From an uncultured bacterium (GTDB lineage Bacteria > Acidobacteriota > Thermoanaerobaculia > Multivoradales > JAHZIX01): a stretch of 64,000 nucleotides of DNA. Positions within the stretch are counted from its first letter, which is position 1. Each line of letters begins with the position of its first letter. The position numbers were made by a program, and so were the translations under genes. The stretch lies in NCBI GenBank assembly GCA_965368975.1, contig CBDUPA010000001.1, positions 224,001 to 288,000 on the forward strand, written 5' to 3'. Of this stretch, positions 1 to 11,270 are shown piece by piece. The notes beneath the pieces were generated by a model that searched no databases, was not told where the DNA came from, and saw only the letters and a list, made by a program, of their open reading frames with translations.

Positions 1-104
1 GTGATGAAGGTCTTCGACACGCACGGATCACCTCGATTGGAGCTGAGAGTGTCCGCTGCCAGCAGCGAGTTGTTGCTTGCGACGGTACCGGGGGACGTCG
101 GCGC

Positions 105-668
105 TCAGGGAGCGATGGCCGCTGGGCGCGTGCCTTGGCGTAGTGAGCGCGTGTCGTAGCCCAGCCACAACACGGCTTCGACACCCGAACCGCCACTCCC
201 CTGGATCGGGGCAGCCAGTTCCAGGGTGCCTTCGAGTTCCCCTGGACGCGCCTCGAGTTCTTCCTGTTCCAGCGCCCAGCGGGCGCGCTCGGGAGAGATG
301 CCCGAAGTGACCAGCTTCTCGTCGCTGCTGAAGACTACGGTGCCGTCGGTCTTGAGCAAGTGAACGAACACGATGCGTTCGAGGTGTAGCAGTTGCTGCT
401 TGGACTGCTCCAGGGCCTCAGTGCGGTCACTGAGCAGGGCGGGATGAATGCCCGACGCAAAGGCCCTGAAGACCGCCCTGGCCTCGCTGTCGGCCAGGGC
501 TTCGGTCCAGCGATCATAGCCAGCCTGCAGGCGGTTGAGCACTTCCTCGTGCTGTTCGCTCTGTGAGTCAACGGCTCGCTGGGTCGCCCCCTGCGACCAC
601 GTCCAGAAGCCGTAGCCTGCAAGTAACAACACGGCCAGGACTGCGATCTCCCAAGTTGTGCGTTTCAT
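105..668 (-). CDS. Hypothetical membrane-anchored protein
   Basis: 187-aa ORF with an N-terminal hydrophobic segment (WEIAVLAVLLLAGYGFW) and a purine-rich RBS-like stretch upstream; no recognised family motif. Confidence 0.7.
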   Translation of the reverse strand: MKRTTWEIAVLAVLLLAGYGFWTWSQGATQRAVDSQSEQHEEVLNRLQAGYDRWTEALADSEARAVFRAFASGIHPALLSDRTEALEQSKQQLLHLERIVFVHLLKTDGTVVFSSDEKLVTSGISPERARWALEQEELEARPGELEGTLELAAPIQGSGGSGVEAVLWLGYDTRSLRQGTRPAAIAP

Positions 669-868
669 ATGAGCCTCTTTCCTTACTTTTCTTCAGTATA
701 CGCCAGGTGCGACTGCAGGCCATCCGCGTCCAAGAAGGACCCGGAGCCGCGATCAACAGGGTTGACCCCGTGCAACTTTCCTCCTGCGCCTGGGTATACT
801 GCATCGCGCACTTGCCGAACTGACCCGCAGCCCCGCCCCGACCTGCTTGCCCGAGGAGATCCCCGCCG

Positions 869-3400
869 ATGGAAACCCTGCTCCAGGACATCCGTTTCGC
901 TCTGCGCACGCTGCGCAAGACCCCGCTGGTGACGGCGATCGCTTTGCTGTCTCTGGCCATCGGTATCGGTGCCAACACGACGGTCTTTACCCTGGTCAAG
1001 GCGTTCTTCCTGCAGAGCTTGCCGGTGGAGCAGTCGGACCGGTTGGTGCGTGTCTTTACTTCGGACGAACGAAATAGCGGCACCCTGCTCGGCGCCGAGT
1101 TGCCGGTGTCGTACCCGAACTATGAGGACATGCGCGACCGTGGCCAGCACGTGTTCTCGGGTATCGCGGTGTTCCAGTTCACCGGCGCCCACTTCAGTGA
1201 CGGCAGCGGTGAGCCGCAGCAGCTGGGGGGCTTGCTGGTGTCGGGGGATTACTTCGAGGTGCTGGGCGTCGACGCGGCGGTCGGGCGGGTGTTCCGGATC
1301 GGACCCGACGCGGCGCCGGGGGCCGATCCGGTAGTGGTCTTGGAGCACGGCTTCTGGCAGGAACGCTTCGGCGGCGATCCGCAGATCGTCGGGCGGACGC
1401 TGAGCCTGAATGGCCACCAGTTCACGGTGATCGGGGTCACGCCGGCCGGCTTCACCGGCATTGGTGCCTTGGGAGCACCGTCGTTCTGGGTGCCGGTGAA
1501 CATGTATCGCGAGATCTTCCCGACCAACTTGCAGGCGTGGGTGGAGGAGCGTCGAGCGCTGATCTTCTTCGGCGTCGCCCGTCTCGCGGACGGTGTCAGC
1601 TTGGAGACGGCACAGGCGGCGATCAGCCAGATGGCGGCGGATTTGCGCGAGGAGCACCCGGTTCCGAACCAGGATCGCGGTGCCGTCCTGGCGCCGGTTT
1701 CGGACACCACCATGCCGCCGCAGCTGCGCGAGGCGTCGTCGTCGGCGGGCTGGTTGCTCGGTACGGTGGTGGCGGTGGTCCTGCTGATCGCCTGTGGCAA
1801 CGTCGCCAACCTGCTGCTGGCGCGCTCCGCGAGCCGCCGTCGTGAGATCGCCGTGCGACTGGCGCTGGGAGCGCCGAGCAAGCGTCTGATGCGGCAGCTC
1901 CTCACTGAGAGTGTGGTGTTGGCGTTGGGCGGTGGTGTGCTCGGTCTGCTTCTCGCCTGGTGGGGGCGCAACGCGCTATGGGCGCTACGGCCGCCGTTCT
2001 TGGGCAACGCCAGCGTCGATATCAGTCTGGACGCGCGTGTGCTCGGCTTTACGCTGCTGCTGTCGCTGGTGACCGGGGTGCTCTTTGGCCTGGCGCCGGC
2101 CTTGCAGGCGGCGCGGCCACAGCTAGTGGCGGCGCTGAAGAACGACGAGTCGCCGCAGGAAACCAAAGCGACGCTCGGCTTCGGCCTGCGCGAGGCGCTG
2201 GTGGCGCTGCAAGTGGCCCTGTCGTTGGTGGCGCTGATCGGCGCGGGCCTGTTCGTGCGCAGCCTGGGCGAGGCCAACCGCATCGATCCGGGCTTCGACG
2301 TCGAACGCCTGGCCACGGTCGGTATCGATGTCGGCTCGGTCGGCTACGCGCCCGAGCGCGGCCGCGAATTCTACGACCGTGTGCTGGAGCTGGCAGTGGG
2401 CACGCCGGGTGTCGAGTCGGCGGCGCTGTCGGACATGGTGCCGATCGCGGCGCCCGGCTTCATGCGCTCGACGCTCGCCGAAGGTCAGGACCGGGCGGAG
2501 GTGGGCAACGGCGTGGTGACGCCGATCGCCATCATGTCCCCGACTTTCCTCGAGACCCTCGGTACCAAGCTGGTCCTGGGCCGCGTCTTCGACAGCACCG
2601 ACCGCGAAGACACGCGACCGGTGGCCATGCTCAACGTCGCTGGCGTGCGCCGGTTCTTTCCACAGTACATGCAAGGTGAGAGCGTGCAGCCGCAGGTGCT
2701 GGGCCGCTGGGTGCAGTTCTACGGCGACGAGATCCACCACGAGGTGGTCGGCGTGGTGGCGGACAGCACGCTCAACGCGATCGGGGAGGAACCGCAGGCT
2801 CTGGTCTACCTGGCACTGCGCCAGAACTACCGCGACAGCCTGCAGCTCAGCTTGCGCGCTGCCGGCGACGGTACCAGTGGCACGCGGCCCGCGGATTTGA
2901 TCCCGATCCTACAGCGCGAGCTACGGGCGCTCGAACCGCAGCTGGTGCTCAACAGCGGCACGTTGACGGGGGCCGTCGAGACTAGCTTGTGGGGACCGCA
3001 GATGGGGGCGACCCTGCTCGCCGGGCTGGGGGCGATCGCGCTGGTGCTGGCCTGCATCGGCATCTACGGCGTGATGGCCCAGAGTGTGCAGCAGCGTCAC
3101 CGCGAAATCGGGATCCGCATGGCCATCGGTGCCAGCCGGTCCGACGTGCTGGGCTTGGTGCTGCGTCGTGGGATGTTCGTGGCAGGTGTTGGCCTGATCG
3201 CCGGCCTGGTTCTCGCTGGCCTGCTCGCCCTGGGCGCCGACCGGCGCTTGGGAGATCTGCTGTTCGGGGTCGAACCCCTCGACGTGACGGTCTTCGCGGT
3301 CACCGCGGTGCTGCTCGCCCTGGTCGCGTTGGTGGCCAACTTCCTGCCCGCACGCCGCGCCACGCGGGTCAACCCGATTCGGGTGCTGCGCGTCGATTGA
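869..3400 (+). CDS. ABC transporter permease, ADOP (acidobacterial duplicated orphan permease, MacB/FtsX repeats)
   Basis: METLLQDIRFALRTLRK start, GIGANTTVF, VLLIACGNVANLLLAR, RRREIAVRLALGA and a second REIGIRMAIGA motif; GGAG RBS. Confidence 0.95.
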   Translation: METLLQDIRFALRTLRKTPLVTAIALLSLAIGIGANTTVFTLVKAFFLQSLPVEQSDRLVRVFTSDERNSGTLLGAELPVSYPNYEDMRDRGQHVFSGIAVFQFTGAHFSDGSGEPQQLGGLLVSGDYFEVLGVDAAVGRVFRIGPDAAPGADPVVVLEHGFWQERFGGDPQIVGRTLSLNGHQFTVIGVTPAGFTGIGALGAPSFWVPVNMYREIFPTNLQAWVEERRALIFFGVARLADGVSLETAQAAISQMAADLREEHPVPNQDRGAVLAPVSDTTMPPQLREASSSAGWLLGTVVAVVLLIACGNVANLLLARSASRRREIAVRLALGAPSKRLMRQLLTESVVLALGGGVLGLLLAWWGRNALWALRPPFLGNASVDISLDARVLGFTLLLSLVTGVLFGLAPALQAARPQLVAALKNDESPQETKATLGFGLREALVALQVALSLVALIGAGLFVRSLGEANRIDPGFDVERLATVGIDVGSVGYAPERGREFYDRVLELAVGTPGVESAALSDMVPIAAPGFMRSTLAEGQDRAEVGNGVVTPIAIMSPTFLETLGTKLVLGRVFDSTDREDTRPVAMLNVAGVRRFFPQYMQGESVQPQVLGRWVQFYGDEIHHEVVGVVADSTLNAIGEEPQALVYLALRQNYRDSLQLSLRAAGDGTSGTRPADLIPILQRELRALEPQLVLNSGTLTGAVETSLWGPQMGATLLAGLGAIALVLACIGIYGVMAQSVQQRHREIGIRMAIGASRSDVLGLVLRRGMFVAGVGLIAGLVLAGLLALGADRRLGDLLFGVEPLDVTVFAVTAVLLALVALVANFLPARRATRVNPIRVLRVD

Positions 3401-3448
3401 GCGGCCGGGTGGATTGGTGGGCGATCGCGGCGGTATACACTGCGCTGC

Positions 3449-3913
3449 ATGACGCCGAAACTGCTGTTCTGGATCTGGGCCTGGCTCAATCTTCTGCTGA
3501 TCTCCGGCGCCGCCGGCTTGAGCTGGCGTGCCATCCGTCGCGGCGACGTCCCGGCGCACCGGCGTTGGATCCACCGCGCTGGCTGGTTGATCGTGCTGTT
3601 CGTCGTCGGGTACCTGGCGAAGGTGCTGGCGATGGGACGAGAGGGAGCGCTGGCGTGGCCGTTCTGGGATCAGGTCGTGCTGCGGGTGCACGAGGGCTTC
3701 GTGGCTTTGATGCTGGTCGCCGGCATCTCGGCTCGCTGGCTGGCGCGGCGCTATCCGTGGCCGCCGGCTGCTTCCGCCCCGGATGCACCATCAGCGGACT
3801 GGTTGCAGGTGCGGGAGCGTCATCGCCGCTGGGGACGCATTGCCATGATCGCCTGCGCGCTGGTGATGCTGACGGGCGTCATGATCCTGATCGGCATGTT
3901 CTTGCGCGCGTGA
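3449..3913 (+). CDS. DUF420-like four-TM membrane protein
   Basis: Four hydrophobic helices with two HRRW motifs; TACACT -10-like hexamer 7 nt upstream of the ATG. Confidence 0.75.
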   Translation: MTPKLLFWIWAWLNLLLISGAAGLSWRAIRRGDVPAHRRWIHRAGWLIVLFVVGYLAKVLAMGREGALAWPFWDQVVLRVHEGFVALMLVAGISARWLARRYPWPPAASAPDAPSADWLQVRERHRRWGRIAMIACALVMLTGVMILIGMFLRA

Positions 3914-3952
3914 GGCGCAGCAGCGTTTCTCGCGCTGCCAAGCGCCTACCCT

Positions 3953-3984
3953 AAAAAGGCCGCCCGGGGTATCCCCGGACGGCC
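3953..3984 (-). terminator. Intrinsic terminator
   Basis: GC-rich stem (GGCCG.CCGGGG / CCCCGG.CGGCC) followed by T5 on the minus strand, just after the 4016 stop. Confidence 0.65.
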
Positions 3985-4015
3985 ACCCATGTGAGAAGGC
4001 GGCGGATCGAGCGGT

Positions 4016-6679
4016 TCAGCCGTCCTCCTCCCGGTCCTGTCCACGGCGGCTCGATGCGCGGCCGCGGTTGTTGTTTCGTTGTTGGTTGTTGCTACCGCGG
4101 GCGCTCGAGCTGGCACGGTTGGAGTCGCGACCCTGCGCGCGGGCGGTCGAGCCGTTGCGGTTGGAGCTGCGGCTCTGGGAGCTGGCGCTGCTCTGGCGAC
4201 GCGACGAGCCGCTGTCAGAGCGTGCGCTACTGCCGCGGGTGCTCTGGGAGCGAGTGCTCTGTGTACGCGTACCCTGCGAACGCGTACCCTGCGAACGCGT
4301 CCCCTGCGAACGCGTCCCCTGGGATCGGGTGCCCTGGGATCGGGTGCCTCGAGAGCGCGTACTCTGAGACCTAGTACCTTGAGACCTAGTGCTCTGAGAG
4401 CGTGTACTCTGGGAACGCGTGCCCTGCGAGCGGGTACTCTGCGAGCGGGTACCTTGCGAGCGCGTGTTCTGGCGACCAGAGGTAGTGTTCCGGCGGGTGG
4501 AGGTGTCGCGTCGCGCGTTGGAGCGCGGGGGCGGCGTGGATTCCTGGCGCCGGGTGCTCGTGTCGCGGCGGGAGGTGTTCGTATCGCGGCGGGTGCTCGT
4601 GTCGCTGCGGCTATTCGTGTCGCGGCGTACGTTGGAGCGCCTGGGTGGGGTGGTCTCCTGCCGCCGGGTTGTGGTTTCCCGGCGCGAGGTCGTGGTGTCG
4701 CGACGCGTGGTTCCCGAATCGCGGCGCGTGCTGGTGTCGCGACGGACGTTGGAGCGTCTTGGTGGGGTGGTCTCCTCGCGCCGAGTTGTAGTTTCTCGGC
4801 GTGAGGTCGTGGTGTCGCGCCGTGGACTCGTGTCTCGGCGCGTGGTGGACGTATCGCGGCGGACGTCGGTGTCCCGGCGAGTCTGGGCATCGCGGCGGAC
4901 GTTCGACCGCAGGTCGACGCCGTCGTCGGTGCGTCGCACCACCTCGCGTCGACTCGTCGTCGAGCGTGTCGTGGTACCGCGAGTTTCGGTCTCGCGCCGC
5001 ACGTCAGTGTCGCGCCGGGTCGCCGTGCCGCGGGTCGCCGTGCCGCGGGTCGTGTCTCTCGTGGTCGTATCGCGGCTCTCCGTCCTGGCTGTGGCCGTGC
5101 GCCGGTCACTGCTGGTGCTGCGCGTGGCGGGCGTCCGCTCAGCGCCGCGGGTTTGCCGCAGTTGTCGCTCGACGTTCTCCGGCAGTTGCGCTTGCCGCTC
5201 GAGGATCGGCGTCATGTCGACCAGATCGCCGTTTCTCGTCGCGTTGCGGTTGGCGGGCTTGTCGGCGTAGCGGTAGGCGTGGGTTTGTTCGCGCAGCACC
5301 CGGTGCACGCGGTCGGTGTCATGCCACACGTCAGCGGTTACGTGGCGCGTGTCGTAGGTCACGACGCCGTGAGGAACCGTGCGCCAGTGTGTGACTTCAC
5401 GCACATGGTGGCCGTAGGTGACGTGACGGTATTGGTAGCGGTGACCGAGGTAAGCCGTCGAGCACCAGTTCCAGTCCAGGAACAGGTCCCAGGAGCCGCC
5501 GGCGGAGCCGAACAGCCCGAAGTGGAAGCCGGCGTTGCGGAAGCCGATGCTCCAGCCGAAGGAGCCGCGGTCATAGTGGTTGTCGTAGTAGCGCACGTAG
5601 CGACCGGTGGGGTACCAAGCGGAGTACCCGTCTCCCCAGTACCAGTAGACGTGGGCGGGGGCGAAGCGGCGGCCCGGGAACCACACCCAGCCGTGTCCGG
5701 CCACGCGGTCCCAGGTGCCGTAGTGGTACGGCACCCAGCCCCAGGGCTCGGACGAGACCCAGTTCAGGCCCAGCGGCGTCGACACCCAGCGGCCCTTCCA
5801 ATAGGGGCGCCAGTCGCCGGTGGTATACGGACGCCAGGCGCGGTTGCCGTGCACGTAGATCCACTCGCCGTGGCCGTGCAGCGAACCGGCGGCGTAGCGC
5901 ACTTCCGGTGCCAGGTCGTCGTAACGGTCATAGTCGTCGTGGCGCGACGCCAGTTCCAGGCGCTCGCCCCATCGCTCCAGTGAGTCTTCGCGGCCGGCGG
6001 GCCTCAGGTCCTTGTAGGAACCATAGGCACCTTCGACCTCCAGTTGCTCGCCGCGGCGGGCGAAAAAGGAGCCATCTTGGGATACCACCTCGGCGTGTCC
6101 GCGACGGACGACGACCTGCGTCCAGCCGTGCCGTAGCGAGGTGATGCGGTAGCTACCGGCTTCCTCGATGTACACCGCCGCGTTGGCGGTGTCGATGCGC
6201 GGCAGCTCGGTGCCGTCAGCGTAGCGGCTGACGATCAGCTGCGCGTTGCCTTCCGGCAGGCGCAGCAGGGTGAAGGCGTCGTCACGGTCGGGGGAGTCGG
6301 CCAGGCGGTCGAAGATCAGCTCGCTGTCGCCATCCAGGCGCAGCACGTTGCCGTCCGAGAGCACGATCTCGACGCAGCTGCCCGGAGATGTCCAGATGCG
6401 ATCGCCAGCGAGCAGCGGATAGTTGACCTCCAGCTCTTGCCGTTGGTCCGTGCCGGCCGGGAAGAGGGTGGCGGTGCCTTCCAGAATGCGAACGAAGCTA
6501 TAGCTCGCCTCGCCGTAGTGCGGGACGTCGTAGCCGCCCTGCGAGCCGTAGCTGGCGTTGGCCGGTGCCGCAGCCGGAGCCAAGGCCAGAGCCGTCAGGA
6601 CCAGGCCGGTCAAGACCCTGTGTAGGTGCCTGTGCAGCCAGGAACCGCCGAAGCGTACGTCGTGTCGTGTCTCTCTCAT
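4016..6679 (-). CDS. Secreted FecR-domain / DUF6600-like protein with a long Arg/Thr/Ser-rich disordered tail
   Basis: AAGGAGG RBS before ATG 6679; signal peptide; NYPLLAGDRIWT FecR-like region; WRPY..GRW and EPWGWVPYHYGTW (DUF6600-type); repetitive C-terminal ~370 aa. Confidence 0.85.
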   Translation of the reverse strand: MRETRHDVRFGGSWLHRHLHRVLTGLVLTALALAPAAAPANASYGSQGGYDVPHYGEASYSFVRILEGTATLFPAGTDQRQELEVNYPLLAGDRIWTSPGSCVEIVLSDGNVLRLDGDSELIFDRLADSPDRDDAFTLLRLPEGNAQLIVSRYADGTELPRIDTANAAVYIEEAGSYRITSLRHGWTQVVVRRGHAEVVSQDGSFFARRGEQLEVEGAYGSYKDLRPAGREDSLERWGERLELASRHDDYDRYDDLAPEVRYAAGSLHGHGEWIYVHGNRAWRPYTTGDWRPYWKGRWVSTPLGLNWVSSEPWGWVPYHYGTWDRVAGHGWVWFPGRRFAPAHVYWYWGDGYSAWYPTGRYVRYYDNHYDRGSFGWSIGFRNAGFHFGLFGSAGGSWDLFLDWNWCSTAYLGHRYQYRHVTYGHHVREVTHWRTVPHGVVTYDTRHVTADVWHDTDRVHRVLREQTHAYRYADKPANRNATRNGDLVDMTPILERQAQLPENVERQLRQTRGAERTPATRSTSSDRRTATARTESRDTTTRDTTRGTATRGTATRRDTDVRRETETRGTTTRSTTSRREVVRRTDDGVDLRSNVRRDAQTRRDTDVRRDTSTTRRDTSPRRDTTTSRRETTTRREETTPPRRSNVRRDTSTRRDSGTTRRDTTTSRRETTTRRQETTPPRRSNVRRDTNSRSDTSTRRDTNTSRRDTSTRRQESTPPPRSNARRDTSTRRNTTSGRQNTRSQGTRSQSTRSQGTRSQSTRSQSTRSQGTRSQSTRSRGTRSQGTRSQGTRSQGTRSQGTRSQGTRTQSTRSQSTRGSSARSDSGSSRRQSSASSQSRSSNRNGSTARAQGRDSNRASSSARGSNNQQRNNNRGRASSRRGQDREEDG
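4241..4465 (-). repeat. 15 x 15-bp coding tandem repeat encoding TRSQ[G/S]
   Basis: Counted 15 pentapeptide units in the translation; codons vary synonymously between units. Confidence 0.9.
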
Positions 6680-6740
6680 GGGTTTCCTCCTTGCCCGCAA
6701 GGCTTGCCGATGGTGTCAATGAGCGGGCATTCAACTACAA

Positions 6741-6757
6741 ATGCAAAGTGTATGCCA
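6741..6757 (-). promoter_or_regulatory. Putative sigma-54 promoter of the FecR/DUF6600 gene
   Basis: Minus strand reads TGGCAT-ACACT-TTGCAT, with correct GG-N10-GC spacing, ~60 nt upstream of the ATG. Confidence 0.6.
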
Positions 6758-7021
6758 GGATGGCGTGAACTTGTGGAAAGTACTGGTATGAAGAGACTTA
6801 TGGGTGGGTCTGTAGTTGTGGGCGATCGCGAGACGTCCTCTGTGGAGGACACTTTCCGCCTGTATTCCGAACCGACGACCTCCTTTCGTCGGTGCCAACC
6901 GTCGACCCGGCGCGAAACATCGATTACCATAGGAGTTCGGACGCCGTGCGGGCTGCCTCGCCCGTGACTCTTACCCCCTTCGAGATCCCCGTCGTTTCCC
7001 CCCAGGAGGAGTGATACCAGC

Positions 7022-7894
7022 GTGCTGAAGAAGCTGTTTGGAAGTAAGCGGAAGGAACCGACGCCAGCGGAGTACACCATCGAGGATCTGATCGTCCTCG
7101 AAATGTACGACCAGGCAGCGGGCCGACTACAGGCGAAGCTCAAGAAGAGTCCCAACGATCTGCACTCGCATCTCAAGTTGGCCGAGGTCTACATGGGCAT
7201 GCGCGAGCTATCCAAGGCGCTGGACGAATACGTCTACGTGGCCGAGGAATACGCCTCGGATGGGTTCTTCGACAAGGGGATCGCGCTGCTGTCCAAGGTG
7301 CAGAAACTGTTCCCTGCCGACGACAAGCTGAGCACCAAGATCGAGAAGATCCGACAGGCCAAGCGCAACGAGCACATCCGAGAGCTGGCCATGGAGGGGC
7401 TGCGCGAGGGCATGAAGGACACCGGCGACCAGGCTGGTACCTCCGCGCTGGAGCTGCAGGCGATGTGGGGCAAGCTGGCACGCAGTACGATCGTGCGGCG
7501 GCTTCCCGGCGATCAGCTCAAGCAGTTGTTCTCGGCGATGCAGCTCAAGCACCTGGGAAAGGGCGAGCGGCTGGCCGAAGAAGGGCAGGACTTGCCGCAG
7601 CTCTACTTGCTGGTGCGTGGCACCGTCGAAGCGTCGGCCGCGGACGGCAACGGCCAGAGCACGGTGCTGCGGACCTTCAGTTCCGGCGATATCGTTGGCG
7701 ACAAGGCGATCCTCAAGCAGGTCCCCTGGATCGCCACCTACACCGTCTCGGAGTCGGCGACGGCTCTGATCCTCAATCGTCAAGGTCTCGAGAAGGCGAT
7801 GGCCGGCAACCCGGATCCACGGGCGTTCCTGGAGGCCCTGCGCGAGCAGCGGCAGGACGAGGAAGTGGCACAGGTTCTGGCCAAGCTGCGCTGA
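7022..7894 (+). CDS. TPR plus cyclic-nucleotide-binding domain protein
   Basis: N-terminal TPR-like helices (HLKLAEVY...); C-terminal EEGQ..LYLLVRGTVE..GDIVGD cNMP fold; AGGAGG RBS, GTG start. Confidence 0.8.
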   Translation: MLKKLFGSKRKEPTPAEYTIEDLIVLEMYDQAAGRLQAKLKKSPNDLHSHLKLAEVYMGMRELSKALDEYVYVAEEYASDGFFDKGIALLSKVQKLFPADDKLSTKIEKIRQAKRNEHIRELAMEGLREGMKDTGDQAGTSALELQAMWGKLARSTIVRRLPGDQLKQLFSAMQLKHLGKGERLAEEGQDLPQLYLLVRGTVEASAADGNGQSTVLRTFSSGDIVGDKAILKQVPWIATYTVSESATALILNRQGLEKAMAGNPDPRAFLEALREQRQDEEVAQVLAKLR

Positions 7895-7930
7895 GTCCTG
7901 ATTCCTATCGCGGCGACAACTCACCGACTC

Positions 7931-8449
7931 ATGGCGATTCTACCCATTCGTATCTACCCGGACCCGGTACTGCGCGTGACCTGTCCGGAAGTGACCTCCT
8001 TCGACGACCGCCTGCATCGGCTGGTCGACGACATGGTCGAGACTATGCACAAAGCGCCCGGCATCGGCCTGGCGGCGCCGCAGGTGGGCAAAGAGATGCG
8101 CCTGGCGGTGGTCGATGTCAGCGGCGGCGAGGACCCCGAAGCCGTGCTGGTGCTGGTCAACCCGCGTCTGCAGGAGCAGAAGGGGACGGCGGTCGAGATC
8201 GAGGGCTGCTTGTCGCTGCCTGGCATCACCGAAAAGGTCAAGCGCCCGACGCGCATCGTGGTCACTGCCCAGGATCTCGACGGCGAGCCTTTCGAACTGG
8301 AAGCCGAAGACCTGCAGGCACGTGCCATCCTGCACGAGATGGACCACCTGGACGGTGTCCTCTTCTTCGACTACCTGACCGGGCTGAAGAAAGAGCGCGT
8401 GCGGCGCAAGATCAAGAAGCTGGCAGATGTCGAGGCGGTCCAGGTATGA
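7931..8449 (+). CDS. def: Peptide deformylase
   Basis: GIGLAAPQVG, EGCLS and HEMDHLDG motifs. Confidence 0.97.
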   Translation: MAILPIRIYPDPVLRVTCPEVTSFDDRLHRLVDDMVETMHKAPGIGLAAPQVGKEMRLAVVDVSGGEDPEAVLVLVNPRLQEQKGTAVEIEGCLSLPGITEKVKRPTRIVVTAQDLDGEPFELEAEDLQARAILHEMDHLDGVLFFDYLTGLKKERVRRKIKKLADVEAVQV

Positions 8450-9036
8450 GTGCACGTATGCGACGTGGCGCGCCAGTCTTCTCTCAGCTGCTGGCTGGCA
8501 CCCTTGTCTTGCTGGCCGTGCTGAATCTCGCTTGCGGCGGTGGTGGCGGTGGTGGCGGAGGCGGTGCTACGCCCCCGACGCAGCCCAACGCCAGTCTCTC
8601 CTTCACCCAGGCAGGCGGTGGTGGCAACGGCAGCATCGTGCTCGAACGCACCAACGTTGGCGCCACCACCCTGGTTCTCGACGTGCGCGTCACCGGCGTC
8701 ACCGACCTCTACGGCGTCGCCTTCGATCTCAGCTTCCCGTCCAGCTTGCTGCAATTCGTCAGCCCCGCCACAGAGGGAGCCTTCTTGTCCCAGGGGGGGA
8801 GCTCGACTTCATTGCTGGTCGACGAGAATCCCGCCGGCAACCTGATCGTCGGTCTCAGTCGCCTGGGGGCGACGCCCGGCCAGACTGGCAGCGGCGTGCT
8901 GATGACCCTTACTTTCACCGCCATCGGCAGCGGTAGCGGGACAATCCAGTTCGTGGCGCCGCAGGCGCTCAACTCGAATGGCACGGTCATCGGGGGCCTG
9001 GCCTTCGAAGGCGGCACGGTTACGGTCCAGCTCTAG
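8446..9036 (+). CDS. Lipoprotein with cohesin-like beta-sandwich domain
   Basis: ATG overlaps the def stop (ATGA); lipobox LNLAC then poly-Gly linker; LYGVAFDLSF..LLQFV..EG.FL and GSGVLMTLTF..G.GTI cohesin-like pattern. Confidence 0.75.
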   Translation: MSARMRRGAPVFSQLLAGTLVLLAVLNLACGGGGGGGGGGATPPTQPNASLSFTQAGGGGNGSIVLERTNVGATTLVLDVRVTGVTDLYGVAFDLSFPSSLLQFVSPATEGAFLSQGGSSTSLLVDENPAGNLIVGLSRLGATPGQTGSGVLMTLTFTAIGSGSGTIQFVAPQALNSNGTVIGGLAFEGGTVTVQL

Positions 9037-9051
9037 ACCTCGTTCCAGTTG

Positions 9052-9111
9052 CTGGTGCAAGAACTGTTTGGCACAAGGACTGTCTGGTGCAAGGACTGTC
9101 TGGCGCAAGGA
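9052..9111 (+). repeat. 16-bp tandem repeat (~3.75 copies) in the cysS leader
   Basis: ctggtgcaagaactgt / ttggcacaaggactgt / ctggtgcaaggactgt / ctggcgcaagga; the last copy supplies the AAGGA(G) RBS. Confidence 0.85.
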
Positions 9112-9118
9112 GATTCGT

Positions 9119-10555
<1,437 letters not shown>

Positions 10556-10579
10556 CCGCTCGGGTCTAGGGAGCCGCTG

Positions 10580-10963
10580 ATGAGCGACTTGGGACGGTTC
10601 CGTAGGAAACCCCATACGCGGGCCCGTGGTGGTGACGCCGAAGACACCGCCGTGCGCTGGCTCGGTGGGCACGGCTACCGCATCGTCGAGCGCAACGTGG
10701 TCACCAAGGCGGGGGAGATCGATATCGTTGCCGAGCACGGCAACACCTTGTGCTTCATCGAGGTCAAGGCGCGCGCCACTACCCGCTACGGCAGCGCCAT
10801 TGAAGCCGTCGATGTGCGCAAGCAGCGGCGCATCGCTCGTGCGGCGTCCCTCTACCTGGCCTGGAAGCCCTACGATGGACCCTGCCGCTTCGATGTCGTC
10901 GGCCTCGATCCCGGTCCTGACGGCTGGCACGTGACCTTGGTGCAGGACGCGTTTCGACTCTGA
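10580..10963 (+). CDS. yraN: YraN family (UPF0102) endonuclease-like protein
   Basis: GEIDIVA, FIEVKAR and CRFDVV motifs. Confidence 0.93.
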   Translation: MSDLGRFRRKPHTRARGGDAEDTAVRWLGGHGYRIVERNVVTKAGEIDIVAEHGNTLCFIEVKARATTRYGSAIEAVDVRKQRRIARAASLYLAWKPYDGPCRFDVVGLDPGPDGWHVTLVQDAFRL

Positions 10964-11017
10964 CGCCGAGACGAAGGGCAGGAGAGCAATTCGGTGAAGA
11001 TTCGCCGCGCCGAGTGC

Positions 11018-11046
11018 TTGACAGCCCAGGGACGCTGGACTACGAT
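11018..11046 (+). promoter_or_regulatory. Sigma-70 promoter of the tRNA genes
   Basis: TTGACA-17 bp-TACGAT ending 12 nt upstream of tRNA-Gly. Confidence 0.8.
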
Positions 11047-11058
11047 TCTCCTCCGCGG

Positions 11059-11133
11059 GCGGGAATAGCTCAGTGGTAGAGCACAACCTTGCCAAGGTTG
11101 GGGTCGCGGGTTCGAACCCCGTTTCCCGCTCCA
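11059..11133 (+). tRNA. tRNA-Gly (GCC)
   Basis: GCGGGAA acceptor stem, anticodon loop TTGCCAA, GGTTCGAAC T-arm, encoded CCA. Confidence 0.97.
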
Positions 11134-11270
11134 AATCCTCGGAACTCCCGGTGATCTCTTCTCTCGAAGAGCCGCCGTCAGAGATAGAGCCGGCGGCCAT
11201 CAGGCCGCCGTTCTCACATCGGGGCATCTGGGTTATACTGTTCTGGTTGAATGCAGATTGTCCCAAGTTC

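Noticed and set aside
1-20. Possible 5' end of a minus-strand gene (GTG at 20 with GAGGTG RBS)
   Set aside because: Only about 6 codons lie inside the window, too short to support
7465-8445. N-terminal part of the 523-aa ORF
   Set aside because: Out-of-frame overlap with the cNMP protein and def; the lipoprotein signal starts at 8446 or 8458
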